DNA of 64,000 nt from positions 4,160,001 through 4,224,000 of the forward strand of contig OZ220696.1 of NCBI GenBank assembly GCA_965116495.1, written 5' to 3'. Both the position numbers and the translations under genes were made by a program. Within the stretch, counting starts at the first letter, position 1. Every line of letters begins with the position of its first letter. Shown here piece by piece: positions 47,990-57,539 of this stretch. The stretch is from Gammaproteobacteria bacterium (GTDB lineage: Bacteria; Pseudomonadota; Gammaproteobacteria; Eutrophobiales; Eutrophobiaceae). The notes beneath the pieces are model-generated. The model saw only the letters and a program-made list of their open reading frames with translations. It ran no database searches and was not told the origin of the DNA.

Positions 47990-49525
47990 ATGGGTAAGCT
48001 GAAACACATACTTGAAGCAGGTAATGCTTCGTTATCACTGCTGCGGACGATCGCTTTCGACCCGGCGGAAGTGACGGTGCATAAATCCGACTATGAAGCC
48101 GTCAACAGGTCGAGTGAAGCGGTCGCACGCTTATGCGCATCGGATAAAGCAATATACGGTATTAACACGGGTTTCGGTAAAATGGCCCAGACCCGGATCA
48201 GCGCCGGCAAGCTTACCGAACTCCAGCACAACCTGTTGCTGTCACACAGCGCCGGCACCGGCCCGTTACTGGACGACAATATCGTACGCCTGATTATGTT
48301 GTTGAAGATCCTCGGGCTGGCCAGGGGACATTCGGGCGTGCGCCGCCAGGTTATCGATGCGCTGATTGCGTTAATCAACCATGAAGTGTATCCGTGCATC
48401 CCGGCAAAAGGCTCGGTCGGCGCCTCGGGCGACCTGGCCCCGCTGGCCCATTTAAGCGCAACTCTGACGGGTACAGGTGAAATGCGCTACAGGGACATAA
48501 CCGTCAGCGCGCCGGACGGTCTCAGCCTCGCAGGACTGTCTCCGTTGACCCTGGCCCCCAAGGAAGGATTGGCCCTGGTTAACGGGACGCAGGCGTCCAC
48601 TGCCATAGCGCTGTATCATTTCTTTGAAATAGAAGACTTGTTTGCTGCGGCACTGGTAACCGGTTCGCTTTCGGTCGATGCGATGAAAGGAAGTGATACG
48701 CCGTTTGACCCCCGGATCCATGAATTACGCGGTCACCAGGGCCAGATCGATGTCGCAAAAGTCTATACCAGGCTACTGTCAGGGAGTGAAATACGCGCAT
48801 CGCATATCGATTGTGAAAAAGTGCAGGACCCCTATTCGTTGCGTTGCCAGCCCCAGGTTATGGGCGCCATCCTGGACAGCATGAGATTTGCAGCCGGCGT
48901 GCTGGAGACAGAGGCAAATGCCGTCACCGATAACCCCTTGATTTTCAGCGATACCGGTGAAGCCGTTTCCGGGGGGAATTTCCATGCTGAACCGGTCGCC
49001 ATAGCTGCGGACCTGCTGGCGATTGCGGCTGCGGAGATCGGCGCCATCACGGAACGGAGAATTGCCAACCTGGTTGACCCGGCGCTGAGCCTGTTGCCGG
49101 CGTTCCTGGTCGATGAACCGGGACTGAACTCGGGGTTTATGGCGGCGCAGGTCACCGCTGCCGCGCTCGCCTCGGAAAACAAGACGCTGGCCCACCCCGC
49201 CAGTGTCGACAGCCTGCCGACCTCGGCCAACCAGGAGGACCATGTATCGATGGCGACGTTTGCCGCCAGGAAGCTGGGCGACATCGCTGATAATATTGCC
49301 GGGATCGTCGCGCTGGAATTTCTGGCCGGCGTCCAGGCGATCGAGTTCCACAGACCCTGGAAGACCTCCGTACCGCTTCAGTCTGCCGTGGCAAAGCTCA
49401 GGACTACGGTTCCCCGTTACGGCAAGGACCACTACTTTTCACCGGACATAGCAGCCGCAAAAAAAATTATCACCTCCCGGGGTTTCGCAGAAGATATCGC
49501 CGAAATCATGCCGAGTCATGCCTGA
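47990..49525 (+). CDS. hutH: histidine ammonia-lyase
   Basis: YGINTGFG, GSVGASGDL (MIO Ala-Ser-Gly), KEGLALVNGTQ, QDPYSLRC, SANQEDHVSM. Confidence 0.97.
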   Translation: MGKLKHILEAGNASLSLLRTIAFDPAEVTVHKSDYEAVNRSSEAVARLCASDKAIYGINTGFGKMAQTRISAGKLTELQHNLLLSHSAGTGPLLDDNIVRLIMLLKILGLARGHSGVRRQVIDALIALINHEVYPCIPAKGSVGASGDLAPLAHLSATLTGTGEMRYRDITVSAPDGLSLAGLSPLTLAPKEGLALVNGTQASTAIALYHFFEIEDLFAAALVTGSLSVDAMKGSDTPFDPRIHELRGHQGQIDVAKVYTRLLSGSEIRASHIDCEKVQDPYSLRCQPQVMGAILDSMRFAAGVLETEANAVTDNPLIFSDTGEAVSGGNFHAEPVAIAADLLAIAAAEIGAITERRIANLVDPALSLLPAFLVDEPGLNSGFMAAQVTAAALASENKTLAHPASVDSLPTSANQEDHVSMATFAARKLGDIADNIAGIVALEFLAGVQAIEFHRPWKTSVPLQSAVAKLRTTVPRYGKDHYFSPDIAAAKKIITSRGFAEDIAEIMPSHA

Positions 49526-50294
49526 GACATTTGAGTATCAGCGCGGCGAAAGCCCGGTTCTCATCAGCTTTCCCCATGACGGTACGGACTTCCCGGACCC
49601 CGTCCAACTCCAGCTCAATGAAACTGGCCTGAAAAACACGGACTGTGACTGGTACGTATACGAGTTGTATAACAGGGTTATTGCGCAGGATATAAGTTTC
49701 ATCAGGGCCGGATTTTCCCGTTACGTCGTCGACTTGAATCGCTCACCTGCCGGCGAATTGCTGTACCCCGGCAAGATGGAAACGGGTGTTTGTCCGTTGA
49801 CGACCTTTGACCGTGTTCCTATATACCTTCCGGGGAAACAACCGGATGACAAGGAAATACAAGGCCGTATCAGGGCTTACTGGCAACCCTACCATGACCA
49901 CCTCCGGGCGGAATTGGAACGCATCAGAAACAAGCACGGGTATGCAATTCTCTGGGATGCCCACTCCATACACGCCGAAGTCCCAAGCCTGTTCGGCGGT
50001 GTACTGCCCGACCTTAATTTCGGCACCGCAGACGGCCGTTCCTGCGCCCGGGAGATCATTAATCGAGTTGTGGATCACGCCGCCCGGGTATCGACTTACA
50101 GTGCGGTGTTAAACGGGCGGTTCAAGGGCGGTTATATAACACGCCACTACGGAGACCCGGCAAAAAGCATCCATTCGATCCAGCTTGAAATCAATCAAAA
50201 CACCTATCTTGAGGACACGGAAGCCCCAAAAATCGATCATATAAAAGCGCAACGCCTGTCCCTTCTCGTACACTCCCTGCTGCAATTGCTCTAA
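49518..50294 (+). CDS. hutG: N-formylglutamate deformylase
   Basis: ISFPHDG, SRYVVDLNR, YWQPYH, WDAHSI, NGRFKGGYITRHYG. Confidence 0.92.
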   Translation: MPETFEYQRGESPVLISFPHDGTDFPDPVQLQLNETGLKNTDCDWYVYELYNRVIAQDISFIRAGFSRYVVDLNRSPAGELLYPGKMETGVCPLTTFDRVPIYLPGKQPDDKEIQGRIRAYWQPYHDHLRAELERIRNKHGYAILWDAHSIHAEVPSLFGGVLPDLNFGTADGRSCAREIINRVVDHAARVSTYSAVLNGRFKGGYITRHYGDPAKSIHSIQLEINQNTYLEDTEAPKIDHIKAQRLSLLVHSLLQLL

Positions 50295-50485
50295 ACCCCG
50301 CCATTCCTGCACCCCTTCGACTTTTCTGCACACACCCGTCGTTCCTGCGAGAGCAGGAACCTGTTCGTCATTCCCCCGCAAGCGGTCAGCCAGTGCCCAT
50401 TTATTATTTTTTATCCGTGTTCTCTGCGCCTTCTATGGCTATAATCCTCATCCACTGAATTCCGAGGGTAATTTCCTGGGCTGAC

Positions 50486-51604
50486 ATGACAGCAACCACT
50501 GACATCATCGTCATCGGCGGCGGTATCGCCGGGGTTTCCGCCGCTTCTGAGCTGGCGGCGACGGCGCGTGTTACCGTCCTGGAGCGAGAGCCCCAGCCCG
50601 GTTACCACGCTACCGGCCGCTCTGCCGCATTCTTCGTGATCTCCTACGGCAATGCCGCGGTGCGTGCGGTAACGGCCGCGAGCGAGCCGTTTTACCGTTC
50701 ACCGCCGCAGGGGTTCACCGATATCCCGTTGATACGGCCCCGGCCCTGTATCTTCTTCGGCCGGCCCGACCAGCGCGAGGCATTGCTGTCGCTGCACGCT
50801 GAAGTTCCATCTCTGCAGAGACTGACCCCTGAACAGGTACGAGAGCAGGTCCCCATCGTACTGCCTGACTACCTGGAAGGTGGTCTCATGGACGAGACCG
50901 GCGGCGACCTGGACGTGGATGCCATCCTGCAGGGCTTTCTGCGGCGCCTGCGCAGCCGCGGCGGGAAACTGTACGCGCAGCGTGAGGTACAGGGTATATC
51001 CCGCAGCGGCGGATTGTGGCGGGTTGCCAGCGGCGGCGAAACGTTCACCGCGCCGGTGCTGGTCAATGCGGCCGGCGCCTGGGTGGATGAGATTGCGCGC
51101 CTGGCGGGACTGGCGCCGCTGGGTCTGCAACCCAAACGGCGCACGGCCATGCTGCTCGACGCCCCGGAAGGCCGGGATATCAGCGACTGGCCCCTGATGG
51201 TTAACGTGGAGGAGGAGTTCTATTTCAAACCGGATGCCGGCGCCTTGCTGCTGTCTCCCGCCGACGAAACGCCCAGTCCTCCCTGTGACGCCCAGCCCGA
51301 GGAACTGGACGTCGCCCTGGCGGTGGACCGGTTCGAGACGGCGACAGGTCGGGCGGTGTCCCGGGTTAACCACCGTTGGGCAGGCCTGCGCACCTTTGCG
51401 CCGGACAAGACCTTCGTCGTCGGTTTCGACCCCCGCACGGAGGGTTTTTTCTGGCTGGCGGGGCAGGGCGGCTACGGCGTGCAAACCTCTCCCGGCATGG
51501 CGCGGTTGGCAGCGTCCCTGATCACCGGGTCGTCACCCCTGGAACAGGCCGGGATCGGGGAGAACCTGGTTAACAGGTTGTCTCCCGCCCGGTTGCTGAA
51601 GTGA
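50486..51604 (+). CDS. FAD-dependent D-amino acid dehydrogenase (DauA-like)
   Basis: GGGIAG, GYHATGRSAA, YFKPDAG.LL.SPADE, WAGLRTF, GQGGYGVQTS. Confidence 0.85.
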   Translation: MTATTDIIVIGGGIAGVSAASELAATARVTVLEREPQPGYHATGRSAAFFVISYGNAAVRAVTAASEPFYRSPPQGFTDIPLIRPRPCIFFGRPDQREALLSLHAEVPSLQRLTPEQVREQVPIVLPDYLEGGLMDETGGDLDVDAILQGFLRRLRSRGGKLYAQREVQGISRSGGLWRVASGGETFTAPVLVNAAGAWVDEIARLAGLAPLGLQPKRRTAMLLDAPEGRDISDWPLMVNVEEEFYFKPDAGALLLSPADETPSPPCDAQPEELDVALAVDRFETATGRAVSRVNHRWAGLRTFAPDKTFVVGFDPRTEGFFWLAGQGGYGVQTSPGMARLAASLITGSSPLEQAGIGENLVNRLSPARLLK

Positions 51605-51619
51605 GATGGGTGAGCCGGA

Positions 51620-52738
51620 TCAGTGTTTCGTATTCAGGCATTCAATATTGCGCTTAATCAGCGACTCAATGGCGCGTAATTGCTTTTTTTCATCCCTGGT
51701 CACGAAAGAGATAGCCTGACCGCTGGCGCCCGCCCGGCCGGTACGGCCAATACGGTGTATATAATCTCCCGGTGCGTGGGGCAGGTCGTAATTGACGACA
51801 ACGGGCAGTAACTCGATATCGATGCCCCGTGCGGCGATGTCTGTGGCGACCAGCACCTGTATCTTGTTCTTTTTGAAGTTATCCAGCACCCTGGTGCGTT
51901 GCGCCTGGGTCTTATTGCTGTGAATTGCAGAGGCGGAGATTGAATTCTTGCCCAGCCGTTTTACCAGCTTGTCTGCGCCATGCTTGGTGCGGGCAAAAAC
52001 CAGTACCTGCTCGTGAGTGTCCTGCACGAGATCACACAACAGCCTGGTTTTGCGTTCCTTCTCGACCCAGTACAGTTTCTGTGAGATTGCCTCGACAGTC
52101 GCGTCGCGAGGGGACACGTCTATTTCTATCGGGTTTTTACAAATCGTGCCGGCCAACTGGCGAATTTCCCTGGAAAATGTGGCTGAAAACATCAGGTTCT
52201 GTCTGCGCTGTGGAACAAGTTTCAGAATCCTGCGTATGTCCGTGATAAAGCCCATATCCAGCATCCGGTCGGCCTCGTCCAGTACCAGCAATTCCAGATC
52301 GTCGAAGCGCACGGCTCTCTGTTGATAAAGGTCCAGCAGGCGTCCCGGTGTTGCCACCAGCAGGTCGACCCCGCGTCGCAGCGCGCGCAGTTGCGGAGTA
52401 ATGTTTACTCCGCCGAATACCACCGCTGAAGTGAGTCGTTCGTTCTTGCCGTAAGTCAGGATACTCTGGTGTACCTGGGCCGCCAGTTCCCGTGTCGGCG
52501 TCAGGATCAGCGCCCGCGCCCGCCCGGGCTTGGCCCTGGCATTAGCGCCTAGTTGCTGCAGCATGGGTAGCACAAACCCGGCGGTCTTGCCGGTACCGGT
52601 CTGGGCGGCCGCCATCACGTCGCCGCCGGATAGAACGGCAGGTATCGCCTGGGTCTGAATAGGGGTTGGTGTTGTATAGCCTGTGTGCGCAACCGAGCGC
52701 AACAGGGAATCGGATAGTCCGAGTGTCGTAAAAGTCAT
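51620..52738 (-). CDS. rhlE: DEAD-box RNA helicase, RhlE-like
   Basis: AQTGTGKT, PTRELA, DEADRMLDMGF, SAT, HRIGRTGRAG; no long C-terminal tail. Confidence 0.88.
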   Translation of the reverse strand: MTFTTLGLSDSLLRSVAHTGYTTPTPIQTQAIPAVLSGGDVMAAAQTGTGKTAGFVLPMLQQLGANARAKPGRARALILTPTRELAAQVHQSILTYGKNERLTSAVVFGGVNITPQLRALRRGVDLLVATPGRLLDLYQQRAVRFDDLELLVLDEADRMLDMGFITDIRRILKLVPQRRQNLMFSATFSREIRQLAGTICKNPIEIDVSPRDATVEAISQKLYWVEKERKTRLLCDLVQDTHEQVLVFARTKHGADKLVKRLGKNSISASAIHSNKTQAQRTRVLDNFKKNKIQVLVATDIAARGIDIELLPVVVNYDLPHAPGDYIHRIGRTGRAGASGQAISFVTRDEKKQLRAIESLIKRNIECLNTKH

Positions 52739-53215
52739 ATGTATCTCTATAAAAAATTATTTTGCAGGCATGCACAGCCTGTCGACTCCGGGATTAGCGA
52801 AGCGCTTGGCGGTGAATGACCAATGTATGTGTTCCCCGGACGCATGGCGTCTGGTTGCACGGGTGTGCAATCGATAGATAATGTTCGGAGTTCGAAACCG
52901 CGCTTAGACGGGTGACAAAAGCAGAAAAAAGACCTATAGCTAAAGATAATGCACTTGCAACGAGGTATTACTCAAGCTGCAACAACGGACTATATCATGA
53001 AATTAAATTAATTGCTTAAATAAAATAGCGCCAGTCCTGAGCGGCAAGTTTTTGATCTCAGAACTTGTCCCGTTCTATGAACTCTCTTACCTTGATTAAT
53101 GACTATATTCAGTCCATATTGAGTCATGCTGACGCTGACGGACGTTGAGATATGCAAACCCTGTTAAGCAGGCGCCTGCTGGGCGCTTAATCGGTAACTT
53201 TACTATTACCGTTCG

Positions 53216-55396
53216 ATGATCAGGTTGAGGAAAGTTATGGTGAATTACCCGCATCATTTTCTGTTTGCGCTGATTCTCTGCGTAGCATTTGCTCCGAGCC
53301 AGGCCAATGAACCGCAACTCCATATCCAGAGAACGGATAATCCGCCGGTCATTGACGGTGTGCTGGATGACGAAGCCTGGAAAGATGCGGCCCGGGTCAC
53401 GGAGTTTTTTCAAAGTGTTCCGGTTGAAGGCGCGCCAGTCAGCGAGGCGACGGAAGCTTACCTCACCTACGACAGCAACATGCTCTACGTGGGGGCGCGC
53501 TTGTACGATCGGAGTCCCGACGCGATTGTGGCCAGGGAAATGCGGGAGGATGAGGTGACGATCAGCGATGATATCTTTACCGTTGCCGTCGACAGCATGC
53601 TGGACCGGAAAAATGCGTTTGCGTTCTATATAAATGCCCTGGGTACGAAAGGCGATGCCCGCATCGAGAACAATCTCACACTCCGTGGCGAATGGGACGG
53701 CATCTGGTACGGCGCCGCCACGCGTGATGAAAAGGGCTGGGTCGCCGAGTTCGCCATCCCCTTCAGGACACTGTCCCTGGACGCCGATGCGCCCGCCTGG
53801 GGGCTGGAACTGGAGCGCCATATCAAGCGCCGTAACGAATTCGCGACGTGGGCCAATCATGACCAGGACAAGGGCTTCGGCTACGTGGCTGCCTACGGAG
53901 ACCTGCTGGGCCTGGAAGACCTCGACCAGGGAAGGGGCCTGGACATAAAGCCCCAGGCGGCGGGCCGGTACCGCAAGCGGTATGACAACGGCGACGAGGA
54001 TTTCACGATAAAACCGGGCGTGGAAGTGATTTACAAACTGACGCCCTCGTTGAACGGGTCCCTGATCATCAACCCGGATTTTTCCAATACCGTCGTGGAT
54101 GATATCAAGACCAACCTCACCCGGTTTGACCTGTTTTTCCCGGAGCAGCGGGATATTTTTGTGCGGGATGCGGACGTCTTCGAGTTTGGCGGGTTAAAGG
54201 ACGTGAATAGCATTCCCTTCTTTTCAAGGCGTATCGGACTGCCCTTTGACCGGGAAAACCCCGAGCCGCTCGACATCGACATCGGCGCCAAGCTGAGCGG
54301 CCGGATCGGGCGTTATACCATGGGTCTGCTGAATACGCAGATGGGTTCCGGGCAGGGGATCGGTTCGAAAAACCTGTCTGTCGCCAGGCTTGCCATGGAC
54401 GTCCAGGAGGAATCCAGGGTCGGCGCCATGATGACTTACGGCAACCCCACGGGCAGCGACGACAACGGCGTCGCCGGAGTTGATTACCGCTATCGCAACA
54501 GCAACCTGTTCGGTTCGCAGGTATTCGTGGTCGATGCCTATGCCATGAAGTCTTTCAGTGAAGGCATCGACAACGATGACTTGTCGTACGGCCTGACGCT
54601 GGAATTCCCCAACGACCGCTGGAATGTCAAGGCAAAATACCAGGAAATCCAGGAGAACTTCAATCCAGCGCTCGGTTTTGTCAATCGCTCCGGCATCAGG
54701 CTGTACGAGGGTGATTTGCGTTACCGGATCAGACCGAAAAACAACCGCTTGCTCAGGACCGTCAACTGGGGTTTTATGTCATCGTTCAAGACCACAACGG
54801 ATAACAAGCTTGAGAGCGGCCGGGTTTATATCCGGGTATTTGACCTGGAGAGTCATGACGGCGACCAGCTTCAAATCTGGGGGAACTGGCAGCGCGAAAC
54901 CTTGTTTAACCCCTTTGAAATCCAACCCGGCGTAATCATTCCCACGGGTGACTACGATTTCTACTATGGATGGACCAAGCTGTCCACGTCGGCTCACCGG
55001 CCTGTTTCCGTTGAAGTAAAGGCTAAATTCGGTGAATTCTATAATGGTGATCTCATTGATGTGCAGACGTTATTGCGCTGGCGGCCGACGCCTGATTTTT
55101 TCATCACCCTGGAACGCCATGTCTTCGACGTCGACCTGCCGGCAGGCGATTTCGAGTTTGAGATCAACCGCGCCCGATTCAATATCAACTTCACGCCGAC
55201 CTTGTCCTGGACCAATTACCTGCAACAGGAGTCCGAAACCCATTTCATGACGCTGCAGAGTCAGTTGCGCTGGATTATTGTACCGGGCAATGAACTGACC
55301 ATCACGCTCAACCATGACTGGTCAAAAGACAACGGCTCATACAAGCGCACCGAGGCTGATTTATTCGCCCGGCTGGTGTGGACGCACCGGTTCTAG
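53216..55396 (+). CDS. CBM9-like plus DUF5916-type outer-membrane barrel protein
   Basis: PVIDGVLDDEAW, GWVAEFAIPFRTL, INPDFS, NLTRFDLFFPEQR, FFSRRIGL; ends in F. Confidence 0.8.
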   Translation: MIRLRKVMVNYPHHFLFALILCVAFAPSQANEPQLHIQRTDNPPVIDGVLDDEAWKDAARVTEFFQSVPVEGAPVSEATEAYLTYDSNMLYVGARLYDRSPDAIVAREMREDEVTISDDIFTVAVDSMLDRKNAFAFYINALGTKGDARIENNLTLRGEWDGIWYGAATRDEKGWVAEFAIPFRTLSLDADAPAWGLELERHIKRRNEFATWANHDQDKGFGYVAAYGDLLGLEDLDQGRGLDIKPQAAGRYRKRYDNGDEDFTIKPGVEVIYKLTPSLNGSLIINPDFSNTVVDDIKTNLTRFDLFFPEQRDIFVRDADVFEFGGLKDVNSIPFFSRRIGLPFDRENPEPLDIDIGAKLSGRIGRYTMGLLNTQMGSGQGIGSKNLSVARLAMDVQEESRVGAMMTYGNPTGSDDNGVAGVDYRYRNSNLFGSQVFVVDAYAMKSFSEGIDNDDLSYGLTLEFPNDRWNVKAKYQEIQENFNPALGFVNRSGIRLYEGDLRYRIRPKNNRLLRTVNWGFMSSFKTTTDNKLESGRVYIRVFDLESHDGDQLQIWGNWQRETLFNPFEIQPGVIIPTGDYDFYYGWTKLSTSAHRPVSVEVKAKFGEFYNGDLIDVQTLLRWRPTPDFFITLERHVFDVDLPAGDFEFEINRARFNINFTPTLSWTNYLQQESETHFMTLQSQLRWIIVPGNELTITLNHDWSKDNGSYKRTEADLFARLVWTHRF

Positions 55397-55438
55397 CAAT
55401 AAGAGTACGTGTTTATTCAATCGCTGACGAGGTGTCAT

Positions 55439-57505
55439 CTACGGTGAATACCAGATGGGTGACGTCCATGCCATTTCCTGGATGATATGGCGGGAACTGT
55501 CTTCGCACCCCTCCGGCCTGTCCGGCTTATCATATTTCAGACAGTCCAGCAGGCTCCAGCGCGGGCTGGGATTTTCCACCACGCGCAGGTAGTAGTACGC
55601 AGGCTGCGCCGGATCAAAATCTTCATCCCTGAACATCGCGCACAGGGAAGCATTACCTGCGCCATAACGTGAACCGTCTGCCGCGTTCACCCCGGCCCCG
55701 TTATCCCTGTTGCCGGCGACGCTGTGCACCTTGAAATGGGGAATCCCTGCTGCGCTTACCCAGCCTTTTATCACCTGTAACTGTTGCAGGGGGGTTGCAT
55801 CGGCGGCCGGGTCCTGCAGGGCCGATACGATGAATGCCGGCCTGGCGGCATCATCCGGCCTAGCTGGGAGATCGCTGCCCATGGGCACACCCCTGTTATA
55901 GGCGTCTGCAACCATATCAATCATCTCGCAACTCCCGGCGTCAAAGGCCCAGCCGCCAAAGAAACGCGGTACGATACGGGGTCCCGAGGTGCCGAATACC
56001 TCCCGGCGCTGCATGGCGTCAAAAATCGCATCACGGGAATTCTCTTCGGCCCATACGCCCGCGAGTCCCCCCGGGTTACCAAGAATACCGCTGGGCAAGG
56101 TGCCGGGCTTTAATCGATCCTCAAGCTCCGTCTCGCCGGTGACATAGCCTCGCCATTGATTTTCCTTTACCGAGCCCGGTGTACTGGTATGGCCGTCGCT
56201 GGCGGCAACCACGCCCAGCTTGACGGGATTAATGCCGATCTCCTGTTCTTGTGCCAGTCCGGTCAGCAATGCCGTGCGCAGGAAGTCGTTGCCGGATACA
56301 CAGCCGCCCCCCATCATGCCATGACGCCCCGCCCCATCCTTGCATTCGACCGTTTCCGCGGACGGGTCCTCTACATCGAACACGATTTCAGTTCCGTCGA
56401 GCCTGATATTAATTCGTTTTGCAAGGGATCCGATGTTACGTACCTGCTCGATATCGCACAACTCATCGGGCGCCCCGACAACTCCACTGAGCCCGTTGAC
56501 ACATTCCGAGCCGCCCTTGTGCTGGAACACTTCCATCATCGGTTCATTCCGTTGCCGGGCCCTGGCGTAGGTAACCCGGTTTTCAAGCGTCGGATCGAGG
56601 TTGGCATAGGGGGTGAGCAAGCGGCCGTTGGAGATGTTACTGTTATGGGGAATGGTCAGGTAACCGCAGCCCTCTTCCTCCCTGCAAACCTTGTCCAGTT
56701 GCTGCCACAGGAGATAGTCGAAGGGATATTCCATGTAGGTTACCGGCAGGTCCGGTACGTTATTGTTGCGGAAAATCACGTTGCGATGATAATTGGAGTT
56801 ATTGGGACTACCTGTGTATTCATAAGCGACGAAACTGGAAAACCTGCACTCTGCGCTGCGGTCGTAGGCCTGTTCCGCAGCATCAATCACTACCTGCCAG
56901 GGCCCGGCAGCAAAGTCGCGGCACAGTTGGCCGTCCTCTCCGCACAGCATCCGGATCCTTTGTGGGTATTCACCACTCATTGAAGTGGCAATCATGGCGG
57001 ATCCGCGAAACTCGACCCTGCGATACTCCGTGCAGAACTCACCGTCATAGGCGGGGGAATCCTGTTGCTTGCACAGTGCGGTTTCACCGAGAAACTCGCC
57101 GTGATCGGTCACCGCAACAAAGTCCAGGGGACGATCGATACTGATTTTGCCAAGGATATTACCCTTATCATCTACCGGGAAAAATGGGATGGCCTCACCT
57201 TTAGCGAAGCGGTAGGCATCTGCGGGCAAGGTCCTGGTGCGTCCCGCTGCGGCATCGAAAGACAGGGAGGTATGCACGTGTAGCTCACCGAACAGGGGCC
57301 TGCGCTCAGGGCTGTAGTGTGCGCACGGTTCCCTGTCCTCGCTGTATTTTCGTCCACTGTTGTCTGTGCGCGGGATCGCGGATGGATCCGTTGCGGTCAC
57401 ACTTTGGGCAACCACTACGCCGCCGCTATCGTTCTGCCGGTCCGAGCACCCGGTTGAGATAAAAATGAACAGACCGGTAACGGTAATGAGTAAGTGCTTG
57501 TGCAT
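55439..57505 (-). CDS. DUF3604 family PHP-like metallo-lipoprotein
   Basis: Lipobox ISTGC, FGELHVHTSLSFDA, LDFVAVTDH, HRNVIFR, IPHNSN, HKGGSEC, IQEMAWTSPIWY. Confidence 0.85.
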   Translation of the reverse strand: MHKHLLITVTGLFIFISTGCSDRQNDSGGVVVAQSVTATDPSAIPRTDNSGRKYSEDREPCAHYSPERRPLFGELHVHTSLSFDAAAGRTRTLPADAYRFAKGEAIPFFPVDDKGNILGKISIDRPLDFVAVTDHGEFLGETALCKQQDSPAYDGEFCTEYRRVEFRGSAMIATSMSGEYPQRIRMLCGEDGQLCRDFAAGPWQVVIDAAEQAYDRSAECRFSSFVAYEYTGSPNNSNYHRNVIFRNNNVPDLPVTYMEYPFDYLLWQQLDKVCREEEGCGYLTIPHNSNISNGRLLTPYANLDPTLENRVTYARARQRNEPMMEVFQHKGGSECVNGLSGVVGAPDELCDIEQVRNIGSLAKRINIRLDGTEIVFDVEDPSAETVECKDGAGRHGMMGGGCVSGNDFLRTALLTGLAQEQEIGINPVKLGVVAASDGHTSTPGSVKENQWRGYVTGETELEDRLKPGTLPSGILGNPGGLAGVWAEENSRDAIFDAMQRREVFGTSGPRIVPRFFGGWAFDAGSCEMIDMVADAYNRGVPMGSDLPARPDDAARPAFIVSALQDPAADATPLQQLQVIKGWVSAAGIPHFKVHSVAGNRDNGAGVNAADGSRYGAGNASLCAMFRDEDFDPAQPAYYYLRVVENPSPRWSLLDCLKYDKPDRPEGCEDSSRHIIQEMAWTSPIWYSP

Positions 57506-57539
57506 TGGGGATGATGCTGTGGTCTCAGGCAATCATGGT

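Noticed and set aside
53150-53190. GCAAACC...hairpin resembling a c-di-GMP-I riboswitch
   Set aside because: Lacks the GNRA tetraloop and the downstream GCAAAGC/receptor elements
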